Shown here piece by piece: positions 27,160 to 42,599 of a stretch of DNA of 64,000 bases. Each line of letters opens with the position of its first letter. Position 1 is the first letter of the stretch. Under the pieces are notes generated by a model. It had not been told where the DNA came from. It saw only the letters and a program-made list of their open reading frames with translations, and made no database searches. Position numbers and translations under genes: made by a program. Source of the stretch: the human T2T-CHM13v2.0 reference genome, Homo sapiens; NCBI RefSeq assembly GCF_009914755.1, contig NC_060927.1; one strand, given 5' to 3'.

Positions 27160-28027
27160 TGAGAGGTGAAGCTGGCTGGGCTTCTGGGTCAGGTAGGGAC
27201 TTGGAGAATTTTTCTGTCTAGCTAAAGGATTGTAAATGCACCAATCAGTGCTCTGTGTCTAGCTAAATGTTTGTAAACACACCAATCAGCACTCTGTGTC
27301 TAGCTAATCGGGTGGGGACTTGGAGAACTTTTCTGTCTAGCTAAAGGATTGTAAATGCACCAATCAGCACTCTGTGTCTAGCTGAAGGTTTGTAATCACA
27401 CCAATCAGCACTCTGTAAAAATGCACCAATCAGTGCTCTGTGTCTAGCTAAATGTTTGTAAATGCACCAATCAGCACTCTATAAAAACAGACCAATCAGC
27501 ACTCTGTAAAATGGGCCAATCAGCAACCTGTAAAATAGACCAATCAGCAGGATGAGGGCGGGGCCAAATAAGGGAATAAAAGCTGGCCACCCGAGCCAGC
27601 TGTGGCAGCCTGCTCAGGTCCCCTTCCACGCTGTGGATGCTTTGTTCTTTCACTCAATAAATCTTGCTGCTGCTCACTCTTTGGGTCTGCACTACCTTTA
27701 TGAGCTGTAACACTCGCCACCAAGGTCTGCAGCTTCACTCCTGAAGCCAGCGAGACCATGAACCCACTGGGAGGAACAAACAACTCCAGACGTGCCACCT
27801 TTAAGAGCTGTAACGCTCACTGGGAAGGTCTGTGGCTTCACTCCTGAAGTCAGTGAGACCACGAACCCACCGGAAGGAAGAAACTCCAGACACATCTGAA
27901 CATCTGAAGGAACAAACTCTGGACACACCATCTTTAAGAACTGTAACACTCACCACGAGGGTCCGCTGCTTCATTCTTAAAGTCAGCAAGACCAGGAACC
28001 CACTGGAAGGAACCAATTCTGGACACA
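27160..28027 (+). promoter_or_regulatory. 5' LTR12 with tandem CCAAT (NF-Y) array, GC box and AATAAA TATA-like box
   Basis: 9 CCAAT motifs in 27241-27544, gggcggggcc at 27556-27565, aataaa at 27575-27580; ends ...ggacaca. Confidence 0.92.
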
Positions 28028-28030
28028 TTT

Positions 28031-28048
28031 TGGTGACCACGAAGGGAC
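28031..28048 (+). other. Primer binding site for tRNA-Arg
   Basis: TGGTGACCACGAAGGGAC, 3 nt after the LTR; near-complement of a tRNA-Arg 3' end (one CpG-type change), as expected for ERV9. Confidence 0.85.
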
Positions 28049-29212
28049 TATCGCCTATCACCAAGTGGTGAGTACCATCAGACCCCTTTCACTTGCTATT
28101 CTATCCTATTTTTCCTTCAAATTCAGGGGCTAAATACCAGGCACCTGTCGGCCAGTTAAAAGTGATTAGCACGACCACCAGACTAAAGACATGGGTGTCA
28201 GGCTTTCTGGGAAAGGGTTCTCTAACAACCCCCGACTCTTTGGAGTTGAGAGCATTGGTTTGCCTGGAACCAGCTTCCACTTTTCCTGTACTTCTGGGCT
28301 GAGCCAAGGGTTGACAGAGAGGAAAGCCATTCAGCTCTGGGGTCCCAACAACAAGTTGGTTGACCCTGCGGCCATGAGCGGAACTCTTAAAGTCATGTCA
28401 CCCAAGCGAGACTAACCCATCTATCCTATCTATCCTGACCCTTGCCTCCTGGGTCCTAATGCCCATCAGACAAACTTCCTCTCACCTCTCTTCTCTGAGG
28501 CTAGTCCTGCTTCTAAAAACCACTCCCTATCTCTGGTGCTTTTCTAGTTTCTCCTGTAAGAATGATTTCTAGTATAAACTTCAGGACTCTGTTACCTTCT
28601 TTAGGCACCTGGGCTTACCAATCAGAAAGACATAATTTTTGTCCAAAGCCCCGTCAGGGCAGGGGACTATCTTATCTGGAATTTTAGGATCCCTCCTCAG
28701 ACTAGCAGGTCTAACAAAAGCTATTCCAGAAGCTAGGATATGGGAAGCTTCAGAAATGATATCCTTCCTATTCATGTAAGTGAGGACAAAAAGGCATCAC
28801 TCTTCCAACTCTAGAGATTCCTCCCCTCCCTCAGGGTATGGCCCTCCACTTCATTTTGGGGGCATAACATCTTTATAGGATGGGGTAAAGTCCCAGTACT
28901 AACAGGAGAATGCTTAGGACTCTAACAGGTTTTCGAGAATGCATCAGTAAGGGCCTCTAAATCTGTTTTTCCTTGGTCCTCTTTGTGGTCTAGGAGGACA
29001 GGCAAGGGTGCAGGTTTTTGAGAATGCATGAGTAAGGGCTACTAAATCTGACATTCCTCAGTCCTTCTTGTGTTCTAGGAGGAAAACTAGTGTTTCTGCT
29101 GCTGCATCAGTGAGTGCAACTATTCCAATCAGCAAGGTCCAGGGACTGTTGCGGGTTCTTGGGCAGGGGGAGAAATAAACAAAGCAAAACCAAGGGTGGT
29201 TTTGTCTTTCAG

Positions 29213-30664
29213 ATGGGAAACCCTCAGGCATCAACAGGCTCACCCTTGAAATGCATCCTAAGCCATTGGGACCAATTTGACCCGCAAACCCTGAAAAAGA
29301 GACAGCTCATTTTTTTCTGCACTACAGCTTGGCCCCAGTATGCTCTCTCTTATGGGGAAAAATGGCCACCTGAGGGAAGTATAAATTACAATACTATCCT
29401 GCAGCTTGACCTTTTCTGTAAGAGGGAAAGCAAATGGAGTGAAATATCTTATGCCCAAGCTTTCTTTTCATTGAAGGAGAATCCACAACTATGCAAAGCT
29501 TGCAATTTACAACCCACAGGAAGACCTCTCAGCTTACCTCCATATCCTAGCCTCCCTATAGTTCCCCTTCCTATTAATGATAAGCCTCCTCTAATCTCCC
29601 CTGCCCAGAAGGAAACAAGCAAAGAAATCTCCAAAGGACCACAAAAACCCCCAGGCTATCAGTTATGTCCCCTTCAAGCTGTAGGGGGAGGGGAATTTGG
29701 CCCAACCTGGGTACATGTCCCTTTCCCCCTCTCTGATTTAAAGCAGATCAAGGTAGGTCTAGGGAAGTTTTCAGATGATCCTGATAGGTGCATAGATGTC
29801 CTACAGGGTCTAGGGCAAACCTTCTATCTCACTTGGAGAGATGTCATGCTATTGCTACATCAAACTCTGGCCTTTAATGCAAAGAATGCAGCTTTAGCTG
29901 CAGTCTGAGAGTTTGGAGATACCTGGTATCATAGTCAAGTAAATGATAGGATAACAGCTGAAGAAAGGGACAAATTCCCTACCAGTCAGCAAGCCATCCC
30001 CAGTGTGGATCCCTACTGGGAACTCAACTCAGATCATGGGGACTGGAGTCATAAACATCTGCTGACTTGTGTTCTAGAAGGATTAAGGAGAATTAGGAAA
30101 AAACCCACGAATTATTTAATGATATCCACCATTACTCAGGGAAAGGAAGAAAATCCTTCTGCCTTCCTTGAGTGGCTATGGGAGGCCTTAAGAAAATATA
30201 CTCCCTTATCATCTGACTCACTTGAGGGTCAATTGATCCTAAAAGATAAGTTTATTACCCAATCAGCTGTGGATATCAGGAGAAAGCTCCAAAAGCAACC
30301 CCTGGGCCCTGAACAAAATCTGTAGGCATTATTAAACCTGGCAACCTCAGTGTTCTATTATAGGGACCAAGAGGAACAGGCCCAAAAGGAAAAGTGAGAT
30401 CAGAGAAAGGCCACAGCCTTAGTCATGGTCCTCAGACAAACAAACTTTGGTGGTTCAGAGAGGACAGAAAATGGAGCAGGCCAATCACCTGGTAGGGCTT
30501 GTTATCAGTGTGGTTTGCAAGGACACCTTAAAAAATATTGTCCTATGAGAAACAAGCTGCCCCCTCGCCCATGTCCACTATGCCAAGGCAATCATTGGAA
30601 GGCACACTGCCCCAGAGGACAAAGGACAGAAGCCCCCAACCAGATGATCCAACAACAGGACTGA
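29213..30664 (+). pseudogene. gag: HERV9 gag, frame intact with 3 premature stops
   Basis: MGNPQA start, WPPEGS, major homology region QGKEENPSAFLE, two CCHC knuckles (CYQCGLQGHLKKYC, CPLCQGNHWKAHC); in-frame stops at 29906, 30323 and 30395. Confidence 0.9.
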
Positions 30665-31930
30665 GGGTGCCTGGGGCAAGCGCCAGCTCATGTCATCACT
30701 CTCACTGAGCCCCAGGTATGTATAACCATAAAGGGCCAGGAAATTGACTTCCTCCTGGACACTGGCACAGCTTTCTCAGTGTTAATCTCCTGTCCTGGAC
30801 AGCTGTCCTCAAGGTCCGTTACCATCAGAGGAATCCCGGAACAGCCTGTAACCAGGTAGTTCTCCCACCTCCTCAGTTGTAATTGGGAGAATTTGCTCTT
30901 TTCACATGCCTTTCTTGTTATGCCTAAAAGTCCCACACCCTTATTAGGGAGGGATATATTAGCCAAAGCTGGAGCTATTATCTACATGAATATGGGGAAC
31001 AAGTTACCCATTTGTTGTCCCCTGCTTGAGGAGGCAATCAACCCTGAAGGCTGGGCATTGGAAGGAACAAACTCAAGCTCCAGTCTTAAGCCTTCCCACA
31101 GGAAAAAACTTTTCTTTATACATCACAGAGAGAGCAGGAATAGCTCTTGGGGTCCTTACTCAGACTCGTGGGACAATCCCACAACCAGTGGCATACATAA
31201 GTATTTAGATAAGGAAATTGAAGTAGTAGCAAAAGGCTGGCCTCACTGTTTATGGGTAGTTGTGGCAGTGGCTCTCTTAGTGTCAGAGGCTATCAAAATA
31301 ATACAAGGAAAGGATCTCACTATCTGGACTACTCATGATGTAAATGGCATACTAGGTGCCAAAGGAAGTTTATGGCTATCAGACAACTGCCTGCTTAGAT
31401 ACCAGGCACTACTCCTTGAGGGACCAGTGCTCAAGTGCATACATGTGTGGCCCTCAGCCCTGCCGCTTTTCTCCCAGAGGAAGGGGAGCCGGTCGAGCAT
31501 GGCTGCCAACAGGTTGTAGTCCAGACTTATGCAGCCCAAGATGATCTCTTAGAAGTCCCCTTAGCTAATCCTGACCTTAACTTATATACCGATGGAAGTT
31601 CATTTGTGGAAAATGGGATACGAAGGGCAGGTTATGCCATAGTTAGTGATGTAACCATACTTGAAAGTAAGCCTCTTCCCCCAGGGACCAGCACCCAGTT
31701 AGGAGAACTAGTGGCACTTACCTGAGCCTTAGAACTGGGAAAGGGAAAAAGAATAAATGTGTAGACAGATAGCAAGTATGATTATCTAATCCTACATGCC
31801 CATGCTGCAGTATGGAAAGAAAGGGAGTTCCTAACCTCTGGGGGAACCCCCATTAAATACCACAAGGAAACCATGGAGTTATTGCACACACTGCAAAAAC
31901 CCAAGGAGGTGGCAGTCTTACACTGCCAAC
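30665..31930 (+). pseudogene. pol: HERV9 pro-pol remnant (protease and RNase H; RT core and integrase deleted)
   Basis: FLLDTG and LLGRDIL protease motifs; jump at about 31070 from the RT N-terminus to the tether (QAPVLSLPTG); RNase H LYTDGSSFV. Confidence 0.88.
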
Positions 31931-32739
31931 CCATCAAAAGGAGAAGGAGAGGGGAGAACAGCAGCATAAGAGGCTGGCAGAGGCAGGGAAAAACCAGCAG
32001 AAAGGAGTCAAAGAGAGAGAAAGAGACAGAAAATCAGAGAGAGAGACAGAGAGGAAGAGAGAGATAGAGAGAGGAAGAGACAGACAAAAAGTCAAAGAGA
32101 GAAGGAAAGAGAGGAAGAGACAAAGGATCAAAGATAGAGATAGAAGTAGTAAAGAAAAAACAGTGTACCCTATTCCTTTAAAAGCCAGGGTAAATTTAAA
32201 ACCTATAATTGATAATTGAAGGTCTTCTCTTTAACCTTATAACACTCCAATACCACCTTGTTGTCAGTGTAAACAAAGGCATAGCCCGAAAGCACTGAGG
32301 CCACTGTCAACCCGTAGCCTTCCTATCAAAAATCCTTAACCCAGCAGGTTTCCTAACATGGGATCTAAATCTGAAGGTCCGACCAGACATAGGAGGAACT
32401 CCCTTCAGGACAGGACAATAGATGGTTCCTCCCAGGTGATTAAGGAAAAAGACACAATGGGTATTCAGTAAGTGATAAGGAAACTCTTATAGAAGCAGAG
32501 TTAGGAAAATTGCCTAATAAATTGTCTGCTCAAATGTATGAGCTGTTTGCACTCAGCCAAATCTTAAAGTACTTACGGAATCAGGAAGAAGCCATCTATA
32601 CCAATTCTAAGTTAATATGGACTGAACAAGGTCTTATTAATAGCAAAGAATAATTGAAATCCCAAACTTACAAGGTTTTCAACAAAAGTAAAGTTTGCTA
32701 AAAGTTAACAGTGTAAACATATATTATCCTAACTTCTAA

Positions 32740-33350
32740 TCTTGCGGAAATCAGACCCTATCAGTACCCCTCAAAGCTCAAGTCTGTCAGCACAGAGCCA
32801 TACAACTAATACCCCTACTTATAGCGTTAGGAATGGCTACTGCTGCAGGAACTGGAATAGCCAGTTTATTCCTTCATTATCCTACTACTACACACTCTCA
32901 AAGGATTTCTCAGACAGTTTGCAAGAAATAACGAAATCTATCCTTACCCTACAATCCCAAATAGACTCTTTGGCAGCAGTGACTCTCCAAAACTGCCAAA
33001 GCCTAGACTTCCTCATTGCTGAGAAAGGAGGACTTTTGCGCCTTCTTAGGGGAAAAGGGTTTTTACACTAACTAGTCAGGGATAGTACAAGATGCCACCC
33101 AGAGTTTACAGGAAAAGGCTTCTAAAATCAGACAACGCCTTTCAAATTCTTATACCAACCTCTGGAGTTGGGCAACATGGCTTCTCCCCTTTCTAGGTCC
33201 TGTGGCAGCCATCTTGCTATTTCTTGCCTTTGGACCCTGTATTTTTAATCTCCTTGTCAAATTTGTTTCCTCTAGAATTGAGGCCATCAAGCTACAGATG
33301 GTCTTACAAATGGAACCCCAAATGAGCTCAACTAACAACTTCTACTGAGG
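32740..33350 (+). pseudogene. env: HERV9 env TM remnant
   Basis: QSQIDSLAAVTLQNCQSLDFLIAEKGG (immunosuppressive-domain homologue) and a downstream WLLPFLGP...FGPCIFNLLVKFVSSRIE membrane anchor. Confidence 0.85.
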
Positions 33351-33514
33351 ACCCCAGACCAACCTGCTGGCCCTTTCACTGGCCTAAAGAGTTCCCCTCT
33401 GGAGGACACTACAACTGCAGGGCCCCTTCTTTGCCCCTATCCAGCAGGAAATAGCTAGAGCGGTCATCGGCCAATTCCCAACAACACTTGTGGTGTCCTG
33501 TTTAGAAGGAGGAT

Positions 33515-34271
33515 TGAGAAGTGAAGCCAGCTGGACTTCTGGGTTGGGTGGGGACTTGGAGAACTTTTCTGCCTAGCTAAAGGATTGTAAATGCACCAAT
33601 AAGCGCTCTGTGTCTAGCCAAAGGTTTGTAAATGCACCAATCAGCACTCTGTAAAAATGCACCAATTAGCACTCTGTGTCTAACTAAAGGTTTGTAAACG
33701 CACCAATCAGCACTCTGTAAAAACGGACCAATCAGCACTCTGTAAAATGGGGCAATCAGCACCCTGTAAAATGGACCAATCAGGAGGATGAGGGCGGGGC
33801 CAAATAAGGGAATAAAAGCTGGCCACCCGAGCCAGTGGCGGCAACCTTCTCAGGTCCCCTTCCACGCTGTGGAAGCTTTTTTCTTTCACTCTTCACAATA
33901 AATCTTGCTGCTGCTCACTCTTTGGGTCCACACTACCTTTATGAGCTGTAACACTCACTGCAAAGGTCTGCAGCTTCACTCCTGAAGCCAGTGAGACCAC
34001 AAACCCACCGGGAGGAACAAACAACTCTGGACGCACCACCTTTAAGAGCTGTAATGCTCACTGTGAAGGTCTGTGGCTTCACTCCTGAAGTCAGCGAGAC
34101 CACGAGCCCACCAGAAGGAAGAAACTCCTCCAGACACATCTGAACATCTGAAAACACAAACTCCGGACACACCATCTTTAAGAACTGCAACACTCACTGC
34201 GAGGGTCCATGGCTTCATTCTTGAAGTCAGCGAGACCAAGAACCCCTCGGAGAGAACCAATTCCAGACATA
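33515..34271 (+). promoter_or_regulatory. 3' LTR12
   Basis: Preceded by PPT agaaggaggat; homologous to the 5' LTR but with 6 CCAAT motifs; followed by ATAC. Confidence 0.92.
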
Positions 34272-34275
34272 ATAC

Positions 34276-35010
34276 CTATGGCCCCTTGGGGATTTCTCCA
34301 CAGACAGTTGACAGAATAGAAAAGGAGCAGGAAAAGGGCTTTATAAGGATTAGGCTAGCATGATATGCTGGCGTGAGCTAAAAAGATGGACTGTTGCTGC
34401 ACTAAAGACACACCCAAAATAACTCTGGGTGCCAATTCAAGTCCAGTGGTCATCTGCTTTGTGTCTGGAGAGAAGCGGCCAAAAGTAAGAATATACACAG
34501 ACTTCTAGGTGGTGGAGAATGGCTTGGTTGCTTGGTCAAGGGCCTCAAGGGAACAACACTAGAGGATTGAAACCAAGCATGTCTGAGGAAGAGGCATGTG
34601 GCTGGAGCTATAAGAATGGGCACATAATGTGTTGATCTTTGTGTCTCACACTAGAGCCCACCAGAGAGCACGTGTGGCAGAAGAAGCACTGAATAAGCAT
34701 ATGGACAGGATGACTGGTCTAATGAATGCCTGTCAGCCCCTGTCCTCAGCCATCTCAATCCTTACAAAGGGCCCATAAATGAATGGATTAGTCGTGATGG
34801 CCTGAAATGATGGGCTCTCTCTCTCCAAGGCTGATCTAGCTACCACCACTACTGAATGCCTGACCATTAGCAACAGACACCAATGCTGAGTGCTTGATAT
34901 GGTACAATCCCTTGAGGACATAAAGCAGCCACTCAGTGGCAAGCTTATTACCCAAGGTCTCTTCCACCCTGGAGGACACAACAATTCATCCTTACTAGAA
35001 ATGAGAATGT
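34276..35010 (+). mobile_element. Ancient ERV-L pol fossil, 3' part (RNase H to integrase start)
   Basis: KRPKVRIYTDF*VVENGL and IFVSHTRAHQR motifs; continues the element interrupted at 27159. Confidence 0.75.
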
Positions 35011-35029
35011 CAACTTATAAACATAGAAG

Positions 35030-35333
35030 AAATGAAGGTATAAGAAAATCATTATTTTGAAACCATCATAATGATGGTTCATGCAGACAAAAATCAATAA
35101 TGAATATGCATTTGTAAAAGTTTGATGAGGAGAAGGATATGTCCACCATTTCAAAGTACCTCCCCCAAATTACTTATTTATTACAGAAAGTAAAATAGTA
35201 ACTTTACTATGTAGAAAACTACTGGACACCATCTTAACCAAGTGATCAAAGTTACAATCCCAAATCATCATCAGTTGACTCCTACCATTATGCACTGAGA
35301 AGCAAACAATATCACTTATGTAGTACTTTTACC

Positions 35334-35364
<31 letters not shown>

Positions 35365-36040
35365 CATAGGCCAAATCTGACCAGGGGAAACACGAGACAA
35401 ATTCAAGATGAGCAACTTCTACAAAATAACTATCTGTAGTCTCTAAGATATAAACGTTGTGAAAGACCAAGGAAACCCTGAGGAACTATTCCAGATTGAA
35501 GGAAATCTAAGGGCTAAGAGTGATGATAACTAAAAGCAACATTCTTCTTGGACCAGAAGAAACAATGCTATGAAAAGCATTATTGAACAACTAGCAAAAG
35601 TGGAATGTGGACTATATGTCAAATTGTTTAATGCTTAAACATCGAGTTTCTTTAATTCATTAATTATACTGTGGTCATATAAAAGAGTTATCTTGTTGTT
35701 AGGAAATAAATACTGAATTACTAAGGTTTGAAGGAGCATAATGTCTCTAACTTATTCTCAAATGATTCAGGGGGAAAAGAAATAAATATACATGTGCGTG
35801 TGTCAAATATATATATTTCACGTGAAATATATATACATTTATATTACATATATTTTCATATATATGATATAAAGATGAATGATAAAGCAAATATAGCAAA
35901 ATATTAACAATGGGTGAATCTGGTTAAAAGATATACATGAATTATTTAGTATGATTCTTATAATTTTTCTGTAAGTTTGAAATTACTTCAATATAAAAAT
36001 GTAAATAAGCTTTAAGAATAAAGGATAAGAAAATATATTG
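35030..36040 (+). mobile_element. Old L1MC/ME 3' UTR fossil containing an A29 run (35334-35362)
   Basis: cttaaccaagtgatcaaagttac and ccagattgaaggaaatctaag...aatgggtgaatctgg motifs. Confidence 0.65.
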
Positions 36041-36043
36041 TAG

Positions 36044-36335
<292 letters not shown>

Positions 36336-36338
36336 TTA

Positions 36339-38100
36339 TAAGTGAACTCCCATTCACAATTGCTACAAAGAGGAAAAAAATGCCTAGGAATACAACTTAC
36401 AAGGGATGTGAAGGACCTCTTCAAGGAGAACTACAAACCACTGCTCAAGGAAATAAGAGAGGATACAAAAAATTGGAAAAAAAATTCCATGCTCATGGAT
36501 AGGAAAAATTGATATCGTGAAAATGGCCATACTACCCAAAGTAATTTACAGATTCAATGCTATCCCCATCAAGCTACCATTGATTTTCTTCACAGAATAA
36601 AACACTACTTTAAATTTCATATTGAACCAAAAAAGAACCCACATAGCCAAGACAATCCTAAGCAAAAATAACAAAGCCTGAGGCCTCACACTACCTGATA
36701 CAAGGCTCAGTAGCCAAAACAGCATGGTACTGGTACCAAAACAGATATATAGATCAATGGAACAGAACAGAGGCCTCAGAAATAATGCCACACATCTACA
36801 ACCATCTGATCTTTGACAAACCTAACAAAAACAAGCAATGGGGAAAGGAGTCACTATTTAATAAATGGTGTTGGGAAAACTGGCTAGCCATATGCAGAAA
36901 GCTGAAACTGGATCCCTTCCTTACACCTTATACAAAAATTAACTCAAGATAGATTAAAGACTTAAATGTAAGACCTAAAACCATAAAAACTCTAGAAGAA
37001 AACCTAGACAATACCATTCAGGACATAGGCATGGGCAAGGTCTTAATGTCTAAAACACCAAAAGCAATGGCAACAAAAGCCAAAATTGGCAAATGGGATC
37101 TAATTAAACTAAAGAGCTTCTGCAGAGCAAAAGAAACTATCATCAGAATAAACAGGCAACTTACAGAATGGGAGAAAAATTTTGCAATCTATCCATTTGA
37201 CAAAGGACTAATATCCAGAATCTACAAGGAACTTAAACAAATTTACAAGAAAAAATGAACAACCCCATCAAAAAGTGGGCAAAGGATATGAACAGACACT
37301 TCTCAAAAGAAGACATTTATGCAGCCAACAAACATATGAAGAAAAGCTCATTATCACTAGTCACTACAGAAATGCAAATCAAAACCACAATGAGATATCA
37401 TCTCACACCAATTAGAATGGCGATCATTAAAAAGTCAGGAAACAACAGATGCTGGAGAGAATGTGGAGAAATAGGAACACTTTTACACTGTTGGTGGGAC
37501 TGTAAATTAGTTCAACCATTGTGGAAGACAGTGTGGCGATTCCTCAAGGATCTAGAACTAGAAATACCATTTCACCCAGCAATCCCATTACTGGGTATAT
37601 ACTCAAAGGATTATAAATCATTCTACTATAAAGACACATGCATACATATGTTTAATTGCAGCACTATTTATAATAGCAAAGACTTGGAGCCAACCCAAAT
37701 GCCCATCAATGACAGACTGGATAAAGAAAATGTGGCACATACACACCATAGAATACTATGCACCCATGAAAAAGGATGAGTTTACATCGTTTGCAGGGAC
37801 ATGGATGAAGCTGGAGACCATCATTCTCAGCAAACTAACACAAGAACAGGAAATCAAACACATGTTCTCATTCATAAGTGGGAGTTGAACAATGAGAACA
37901 CATGGGCACAGGGAGGGGAACATCACACACGGGGCCTGTCCAGGAGTGGGGGGCTAGGGGAGGGATAGCATTAGAGAAATACCTAATGTAGATAACGGGT
38001 TGATGGGTGCAGCAAACCGCCATGGCACGTGTATACCTATGTAACAAACCCGCACATTCTGCACATGTACCCCAGAACTTAAAGTATAATTAAAAAACAA
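36339..38100 (+). mobile_element. 5'-truncated L1PA (about L1PA7/8)
   Basis: ORF2 C-terminal peptides ([26 protein letters not shown]) and L1PA 3' UTR ending cagaacttaaagtataat plus A tail. Confidence 0.93.
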
Positions 38101-38126
38101 AAAGCCTATAGGATAAAAATATAAAG

Positions 38127-38530
<404 letters not shown>

Positions 38531-38608
38531 TATTGTGAACAATATTGTATCAGTAAATTTTAAAACATAAAAAATAGATATTCCCAGAAAAATCTAACTT
38601 GATAAAAC

Positions 38609-39322
38609 TGCAATCACCTGATGGGTTCTTCTTGCATGCTGCACGGACAGGGCTAATTCATTGAAACAGTCATATCGCAGGAGTTTAATAATCACAGGGC
38701 TAGCCAAGAGGAAGAACAGGAGCTTATCACTCAAATCAGCCCTTCTTGAAAGTTCAGAGGCTAGGGTTTTCCAAGGATAGTTTGGCAGGCAGGGGGCTAG
38801 GAAATGGGGAATATGATTGGTTGGGTTAAAGCTCTTCTTGCACTGAGTCAGTTCCTGAGTGGGACCACAAGACCAGATGAGCCGGTTTATTGGTATACAT
38901 TATCAGTCCACATAGCACATCAGCTGGTCCATCAGAATGCAGGGTCTAGAAAACACCAATCTTAGATTTTGACAATAATGATGTTATCTATAGAAGCAAT
39001 TGAGGAAGTTACAAATCTTATGAACTCGAGAGCAGTAAATGAGTATAGAAAGGCAGGCTAGGGAATAAGGGCTTGTTATCATTTAACTACACTCATATTT
39101 TAGCAGATTCAGACCCCTCCCATAATCTTAATCTTGTGGCTTTTCACTGTTCTTACAAAGATGGTTTTGGTCCCTGAGCAAGGAGGGAGTTAGTTTCATT
39201 AAGGGACTGTTATCATCTTTATTTTAGAGTTAACAAAGGCAGTTAGCTTGTGAGGTTAGAAGCACAAAGGAGTCAGCTATATCAGATTTCTCACTGTCAT
39301 AATTTTTACAAAGGTGGTTTCA
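38609..39322 (-). mobile_element. Solo ERV1 LTR (LTR8-related) inside an old L1
   Basis: Homologous to 9993-10720; ends caaaggtggtttca; imperfect TSD AAAC/AAAT. Confidence 0.8.
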
Positions 39323-39820
39323 AAATTACTCAGCAAAAAAACTTAAATAGATTTATAGTCATTAAAGAAATTGTGTTAAAAAGTTTAAAACATTTTAAAA
39401 TCCTTTCCAAAAATTAAACATCAGGCTAAACAAGACAGATATGCAAGTGAGTTCTACCAAACTTTTAAGAAACAGATACTTCAAACTCCCCACCTTTATT
39501 CTTTCAAGCTATCATAACCTTGATATCAAGCCATGAAAGGATAAAATAAGAAAAATTGCAGGCCAATCTCACTCATTAACATAGACACAAAAATCATAAA
39601 ATATTGGCAAACTGAATCCAACAATCTGTGAAAAATATAATGTATTCATTACCAAGTCGAGTTTATCCTAGGAATTCAAAGTATGTTTACTGTAAAAAAA
39701 TCCATTAATATAATTAATTTAACATATTAAAGAAAAAATATAATGCATATTTTCCTACATTTTTAAAAATAAAAGAACAATTTCTATATAACAAAGAATC
39801 CTGGCCAGGTGCAGTGGCTC

Positions 39821-42295
<2,475 letters not shown>

Positions 42296-42599
42296 AGCTC
42301 ACATCTGTAATTCCAGCACTTTGGGAGGCCGAGTTGGGAGGATCACTTGACCTCAGGAGTTCAAGATCAGCCTGAGCAACATGGTGAAACCCCATCTCTA
42401 CAAAAATAGAAAAATTAGCTGAGCATGGTGGCATGCACCTGTAGTCCCAACTACTCAGGAGGCTGAGGTGGGAGGATCACTTGAACCTGGGAAGTGGAGG
42501 TTGCAGTAAGCCAAGATCTGACCACCTCACTCCAGCCTGGGTAACAGAGCAAGGCTCTGTCTCAAGAAAAAAAAAAAAAAAAGAGAGAGAGAGAGAAAA

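Larger units (their letters stand above)
27160..34271 (+). mobile_element. HERV9 (ERV9) provirus, internally deleted, two LTR12-family LTRs
   Basis: Paired LTRs, PBS, gag, pro, RNase H, env TM remnant, PPT; 4-bp TSD ATAC at 27156-27159 and 34272-34275. Confidence 0.95.

Noticed and set aside
27230-27550. Regularly spaced caccaatcagcactctg repeats resembling a CRISPR-like array
   Set aside because: Normal LTR12 U3 tandem repeats; the intervening sequences are themselves repeated and the DNA is eukaryotic.
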